Shown: one piece after another, positions 59,266 to 64,000 of the stretch
Layout of the letters: each line of letters opens with the position of its first letter
Position numbering within the stretch: the first letter of the stretch is position 1
Assembly: GCA_964497315.1 (NCBI GenBank)
Contig: CAZCCH010000005.1
Span: forward strand, 1,885-65,884
Source of the DNA: an uncultured Planctomycetia bacterium
GTDB lineage: Bacteria > Omnitrophota > Gorgyraeia > Taenaricolales > CAZCCH01
Length of the DNA stretch: 64,000 bases
Direction: 5' to 3'
Translations under genes and position numbers: made by a program
Notes under the pieces: generated by a model
What the model saw: only the letters and a program-made list of their open reading frames with translations
Databases searched by the model: none
Told to the model about the DNA's origin: nothing

Positions 59266-61425
59266 ATGTCTGTTCGCGTTCATCAACTAGCCAAAGAATT
59301 GAACTTAAACAGCAAGGATTTGATAGCACGCCTTCATGAGCTGAAGATCAAAGTAAAAGGACATATGTCTGTTTTGGATGAAGACGCACTAAAGATTATT
59401 AAACAAAAACTTAAAGGTAAAAAGAAGAAAGAGACCTCAAAGCTAAAGAAGCAAGATAAACCTAAGGCAAAACCAAAAACGAAAAAGACTACAACGCTTA
59501 AGAAAAAAACAACGCCCAAGAAAAAGACAGCTAAAAAAGTAGTTACAAAAAAAACAGCAGTCAAAGAACCGGTTTTGGAAAGAAAAGTTGAAGAACATAT
59601 TGAAGAAGCAGTTGATAAAAAAATAGTTGAGCAGCCTGTTGAGGTAGCAACTGAAGTAATCCCAGCAAAGACACTTACAGGGGTAATGGTAAGCTTTCCA
59701 ATAACTGTTAAAGACCTAGGGGCGAAACTACAGGTAAAACCAAATGATTTGATAAAAAAGTTAATGGGCAAAAATATTTTTGCCACTATAAATCAAGCCC
59801 TCACTGAGGAAGTGGCTAATGAGATAGCTTCGGAATTTGATTATCAACTTCAGAAGGCACCAAGCTTGGAAGAAAAACTTTTAGAAGAACATAAAAAACA
59901 GGCCAGTGCAGATTTAGTACCGCGTCCACCCGTAATAACCTTAATGGGGCATGTGGACCATGGCAAGACATCCCTTTTAGATGTCATACAGGAAAGCAAT
60001 ATTACCAAAAGAGAGGCCGGCGGTATAACACAACATATAGGTGCCTATAGGGTAGAATTAAAAAAGGGTAAGATTACTTTTTTGGATACGCCTGGTCATG
60101 AGGCCTTTACTGCAATGCGGGCAAGAGGTGCAAATGCTACCGATATCGTCATTTTAGTAGTAGCTGCAGATGATGGTATTATGCCTCAGACACAAGAGGC
60201 CATTGATCATGCCCGAGCAGCAGGCGTACCTATTGTTGTGGCAATAAATAAGATTGATAAACAAAATGCAGATATAGATAAGGTAAAAAAACAACTCGCA
60301 GCCATAGATTTACAGCCTGAAGATTGGGGTGGGAAGACCATAACCGTAGGCGTTTCAGCGAAGACAAAAGAAGGCATAGACCATCTTTTGGAAATGGTAT
60401 TATTAGAAGCAGAGATGCTTGAGCTGAAGGCCAATTCCAGTAAATCAGCTGATGGGGTAGTTATTGAAGGCAGGCTTTCACGCGGTAAGGGACCTGTGGC
60501 TACTATATTAGTTCAAAATGGAACCCTAAGAGAACAAGATTTAATAGTGATTGGCAAGCATTATGGCAAGGTTAGGGCGATGGTTGATGACAGGGGTAAA
60601 AAATTAAAGGAAGTTCCACCTTCTGTCCCTGTTGAAATTCTAGGCCTATCGGGTGTTCCCGAGGCAGGCGAATGTTTTTTTGCAGTTCCTGATGAAAAAA
60701 CAGCAAAAGAAATTTCTTCTCAGAAATTAAATGAACTAAGGCAAAAAGATGTTACCTTTGCAAAAAGGATTACACTGGAAGATTTATACAACCAGATAAA
60801 AGAAGGAAAAGTAAAAGGCCTTAAGATAATCTTAAAAGCAGATGTGCAGGGTTCTTGCGAAGCACTGCGCGATAACACGCTTAAATTATCTACTGATGAG
60901 GTAAAATTAGATTTCATACATACAGGTGTTGGTCTTATAAATGATGCCGACATTATCCTAGCAGCAGCATCCAATGCCATAGTTATAGGATTTAATGTAG
61001 GTATGACCCCAGAGGCTCAGACAAGGGCAAAGCAAGAGAGGGTAGATACAAGGTTCTACAGGGTTATATATGATGCCATAAGCGATGTGAAATCTGCCAT
61101 GGAAGGTCTTCTTGAGCCAAAGGTAGAAGAAGTGACAACTGGAAAGGCAAAAGTCTTGCGTGCATTTAGGGTATCAAAGGTCGGCCTTGTGGCTGGTTGC
61201 ATGATAAGTAAGGGTAAGATTAACCGTGCATCCATGGGAAGGGTCTTAAGAGATGGAGAAGAGATTCATAAGGGTAGGATAACTTCCTTAAAAAGGTTTA
61301 AAGATGATGTAAAAGAAGTTCAAGAGGGATTTGAGTGTGGCATTGGATTCCAAGGATTTAATGATATAAAACCAGGTGATATTATAGAAGCATTTGAGAT
61401 ACAAAAGACAGCGAGGACGTTATAA
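59266..61425 (+). CDS. infB: translation initiation factor IF-2
   Basis: MGHVDHGKTS, EAGGITQHIGAY, DTPGHEAF, NKID. Confidence 0.97.
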   Translation: MSVRVHQLAKELNLNSKDLIARLHELKIKVKGHMSVLDEDALKIIKQKLKGKKKKETSKLKKQDKPKAKPKTKKTTTLKKKTTPKKKTAKKVVTKKTAVKEPVLERKVEEHIEEAVDKKIVEQPVEVATEVIPAKTLTGVMVSFPITVKDLGAKLQVKPNDLIKKLMGKNIFATINQALTEEVANEIASEFDYQLQKAPSLEEKLLEEHKKQASADLVPRPPVITLMGHVDHGKTSLLDVIQESNITKREAGGITQHIGAYRVELKKGKITFLDTPGHEAFTAMRARGANATDIVILVVAADDGIMPQTQEAIDHARAAGVPIVVAINKIDKQNADIDKVKKQLAAIDLQPEDWGGKTITVGVSAKTKEGIDHLLEMVLLEAEMLELKANSSKSADGVVIEGRLSRGKGPVATILVQNGTLREQDLIVIGKHYGKVRAMVDDRGKKLKEVPPSVPVEILGLSGVPEAGECFFAVPDEKTAKEISSQKLNELRQKDVTFAKRITLEDLYNQIKEGKVKGLKIILKADVQGSCEALRDNTLKLSTDEVKLDFIHTGVGLINDADIILAAASNAIVIGFNVGMTPEAQTRAKQERVDTRFYRVIYDAISDVKSAMEGLLEPKVEEVTTGKAKVLRAFRVSKVGLVAGCMISKGKINRASMGRVLRDGEEIHKGRITSLKRFKDDVKEVQEGFECGIGFQGFNDIKPGDIIEAFEIQKTARTL

Positions 61426-61427
61426 AA

Positions 61428-62408
61428 ATGAAACGGATATTAAGTGGGATGAGACCAACAGGGCCATTGCATCTGGGGCATTTAATCGGGGCATTGAGTA
61501 ACTGGATAAGCTTACAGAAAAAATATGAATGTTTTTTTATGGTTGCTGACTGGCATGCCTTGATGAGCGAATATGAGAATCCCAAAGAAATTCAAAAGAA
61601 CATATTTGGCTGTGTCTTAGATTGGCTGGCTTGTGGCATTGATCCTAAGAAATCCGTAATGTTTGTTCAGTCTGAGATCCCACAGCATCTAGAGCTTTTT
61701 ATGATGCTTTCGGACATTACGCCCTTGCCTTGGCTTGAGCGATGTCCTACCTATAAGGAACAACTCAGGGAGCAGAAGTCAAGGAACCTAGCGACCTTTG
61801 GATTTCTAGGATATCCGGTTTTGCAGGCTGCAGATATATTGCTTTATAAAGCCAACGTTGTACCTGTAGGTGAAGATCAGCTACCGCATCTAGAGCTAAC
61901 ACGTGAAATTGTCCGAAGGTTCAATACTTTATATAAAAAGAATGCATTTCCAGAGCCAGAGGCATTACTTACTAAAACAGCACGGCTTTTAGGTGTAGAC
62001 AACAGAAAGATGAGCAAGACATATGAAAATTACATAGCCTTAAGCGATACGCCAGAAGTTATAAAAAGAAAAGTAAACAGCATGATAACGGACCCCGAGC
62101 GCATAAAAAAGACTGACACGGGGCATCCTGATGTATGCAATGTTTATTCTTACTATAAGGTGTTTAAAAAAGAGCTTACCCCAAAACTAAATACAGAATG
62201 CACCACAGCAAAGATTGGCTGCACTGATGACAAGAAGCGCCTCGCAGAGATTATCATTGAAATTTTAAGACCTATACAGAAAAAACGAAATGCCTTAATC
62301 AAGGACAAGGGTGAGATTTCCAAAATTCTCAAGATAGGCAGAAAAAAGGCATCTGATATCGCCTCAGATACAATGAAAGAAGTAAAAAGACTTGTGGGAT
62401 TGGCATGA
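61428..62408 (+). CDS. trpS: tryptophan--tRNA ligase
   Basis: SGMRPTG.LHLGH, YPVLQAADI, VGEDQ..H, KMSK. Confidence 0.96.
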   Translation: MKRILSGMRPTGPLHLGHLIGALSNWISLQKKYECFFMVADWHALMSEYENPKEIQKNIFGCVLDWLACGIDPKKSVMFVQSEIPQHLELFMMLSDITPLPWLERCPTYKEQLREQKSRNLATFGFLGYPVLQAADILLYKANVVPVGEDQLPHLELTREIVRRFNTLYKKNAFPEPEALLTKTARLLGVDNRKMSKTYENYIALSDTPEVIKRKVNSMITDPERIKKTDTGHPDVCNVYSYYKVFKKELTPKLNTECTTAKIGCTDDKKRLAEIIIEILRPIQKKRNALIKDKGEISKILKIGRKKASDIASDTMKEVKRLVGLA

Positions 62409-63130
62409 CATACAAAGTAAAATTAGAAGTTTTCGAAGGACCCCTAGATCTACTTCTGCATTTAATCAAGAAAGAAGAGGTAGAGATATATGATATTCCT
62501 ATTGCCAAGATAACCGACCAGTATGTGCAGTATCTCGAATTAATGGAAATGCTGGATTTGAATATAGCAGGTGATTTTTTGGTTATGGCAGCAACATTAA
62601 TGCATATTAAATCTAAAATGCTTCTTCCGCCAGATGAAACATCCCTTGAGGAGGAAGAGGAGGAAGATCCACGTGCTGAATTAGTAAGGAGGCTCTTAGA
62701 ATATAAGAAATTCAAAGAAGCCGCCTCCCAATTACAAAGAAAAGAAGATACGCAAAGAAAGGTATTCCGTAGGGTAGGTTCAGTAGATGCCCAGGAACAG
62801 CTAGAAGGTGAGACTTATTTTGAAGCATCGCTTTTTGATTTAATATCTGCTTTCTCGCAGACAATGAAAGACATCCCCAAGGAAGTCTTTCTTGAGATAA
62901 TGAAGGATGAAGTGACCGTTGAAGAGAAGATTCACGATATCTTACATCTTATGGTAAAAAAAGAAATAATACCTTTATCAGAAGTCTTTAGCGCAGCAAA
63001 GAACAAAGTGGAAATCGTTGTTACCTTTTTAGCTATTTTAGAACTCATAAGAATAAAGGCCATAACAGCAATACAGAAAGGTCTTTTTGGTCAGATAGAG
63101 ATAGTCAGAAATCCTGAGGCGGTGATGTAA
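62405..63130 (+). CDS. scpA: segregation/condensation protein A
   Basis: FEGPLDLLL.LI, FLVMAA.L..IKS..LLP, FLAILEL. Confidence 0.95.
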   Translation: MTYKVKLEVFEGPLDLLLHLIKKEEVEIYDIPIAKITDQYVQYLELMEMLDLNIAGDFLVMAATLMHIKSKMLLPPDETSLEEEEEEDPRAELVRRLLEYKKFKEAASQLQRKEDTQRKVFRRVGSVDAQEQLEGETYFEASLFDLISAFSQTMKDIPKEVFLEIMKDEVTVEEKIHDILHLMVKKEIIPLSEVFSAAKNKVEIVVTFLAILELIRIKAITAIQKGLFGQIEIVRNPEAVM

Positions 63131-63699
63131 TGCTAGATTTAAACAAAAAACAAATTATAGAAGCATTAATTTTTGTTAGTGACAAACCTCTCGCTTTAGG
63201 TGAAATAAAGCAAGTCTTAGAAGATGCAACAGATGAAGAAATAAACACTTTAATAGAGACTTTAAATAAAGAATATCAAGATACACAAAGGAGTTTTAAG
63301 ATAACGCAAATTGCCGGCGGTTATCAGATGGTAACCACACCCGAATGCGGCCCATATCTTAAGAAACTTTATAAATCACGCATGAAGGAAAAACTTACAA
63401 GGCCTTCTCTTGAAACCTTAGCCATTATAGCATATAAACAACCCGCAACAAGAGCAGAGATTGAGGCAATTAGAGGGGTTAATGTAGATGGGGTGGTAAA
63501 GACCCTTCTAGAGAAAGGATTAATAAAAATATGTGGCCGCAAAGAAGTGGTCGGTAGGCCATTACTTTATAGTACTACTGAAGAATTCCTACAACACTTT
63601 GGCCTGGGTAATATTTCCGATTTACCAAGATTGGAAGAATTGCAAGTACAAGAAGGAGTAGAAAATGACACTGTCCCAGCTCCGCAAGAAAATCAATGA
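63130..63699 (+). CDS. scpB: segregation/condensation protein B
   Basis: IEALIF, ETLAIIAY.QP.TR.EIE.IRGV, GRP..Y.TT..FL..FGL. Confidence 0.95.
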   Translation: MLDLNKKQIIEALIFVSDKPLALGEIKQVLEDATDEEINTLIETLNKEYQDTQRSFKITQIAGGYQMVTTPECGPYLKKLYKSRMKEKLTRPSLETLAIIAYKQPATRAEIEAIRGVNVDGVVKTLLEKGLIKICGRKEVVGRPLLYSTTEEFLQHFGLGNISDLPRLEELQVQEGVENDTVPAPQENQ

Positions 63700-64000
63700 G
63701 ATAGATGAGAAAATAGTATCGCTGTTGAATCAGAGGGCGAAGCTTTGCCTGGGAATAGGAAAATTAAAAGCGAAGAAAAAAGCAAGTGTGTATGTCCCTG
63801 ACAGGGAGAAGTCTATCTATGACAGGATCCTTAAATCAAGCAAAGGACCTTTATCAAAAAAGGCACTGGCAGCCATATACAGAGAGATTATGTCAGGCTC
63901 GTTGGCGTTAGAGAAGGCGATAAGAATTGCCTACCTAGGGCCTCCTGCCACCTTCACGCATATTGCTGCATTAAAGAAATTTGGTTCACAGGTAAGGTAT
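63665..64000 (+). CDS. pheA: chorismate mutase/prephenate dehydratase (3'-truncated)
   Basis: Hand translation: MTLSQLRKKINEIDEKIVSLLNQRA...VYVPDRE...YREIMS...IAYLGPPATFTHIAA; not in the ORF track because it runs off the window. Confidence 0.9.
   Translation, partial: MTLSQLRKKINEIDEKIVSLLNQRAKLCLGIGKLKAKKKASVYVPDREKSIYDRILKSSKGPLSKKALAAIYREIMSGSLALEKAIRIAYLGPPATFTHIAALKKFGSQVRY

Noticed and set aside
59400-59560. Lys/Thr-rich low-complexity repeat in IF-2
   Set aside because: Normal variable N-terminal linker of IF-2.
61425-61428. Absence of rbfA/truB after infB
   Set aside because: An ordinary operon rearrangement; the genes may be elsewhere.

Overview
Bacterial chromosomal window. Gene content and giant modular secreted proteins suggest phylum Omnitrophota (inference, not verified). 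Most of it is housekeeping: LPS/Kdo genes (waaF-like, hldA/rfaE1, kdsB, kdsA), fba, lptFG, comF, an EF-G paralogue, yebC-ruvCAB-queH-spoIID-queA-tgt-yajC-secDF-recJ, rpmB, HD-GYP, recG-rsmD-coaD-pta-ackA-rpmF-plsX-fabHDG-acpP-fabF, and rimP-nusA-infB-trpS-scpAB-pheA. The stand-out is a 4381-aa signal-peptide-bearing protein (16808-29953, minus strand). It is a string of unrelated domains: HAD phosphatase, HEAT repeats, HTH, two or three methyltransferases, kinase-like, HD, HATPase-like and GNAT. Essentially every junction carries the same short motif [S/A/T/V]-R-F-[S/A/T/V]-E (13 exact copies plus 1 degenerate). One segment holds a clan-CD/gingipain-like His-Cys dyad (YSGH...LSC), so this may be a self-processing, Arg-cleaved effector polyprotein. 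The truncated ORF at the window start has the same motif around a metallopeptidase domain, suggesting a genome-wide family. Other oddities: a tRNA-Leu with the rare bacterial anticodon AAG, an HTH/LAGLIDADG-like gene whose stop codon lies inside tRNA-Glu, and a 62-bp duplication of the tRNA-Glu 3' end bracketing an ATPase cassette.
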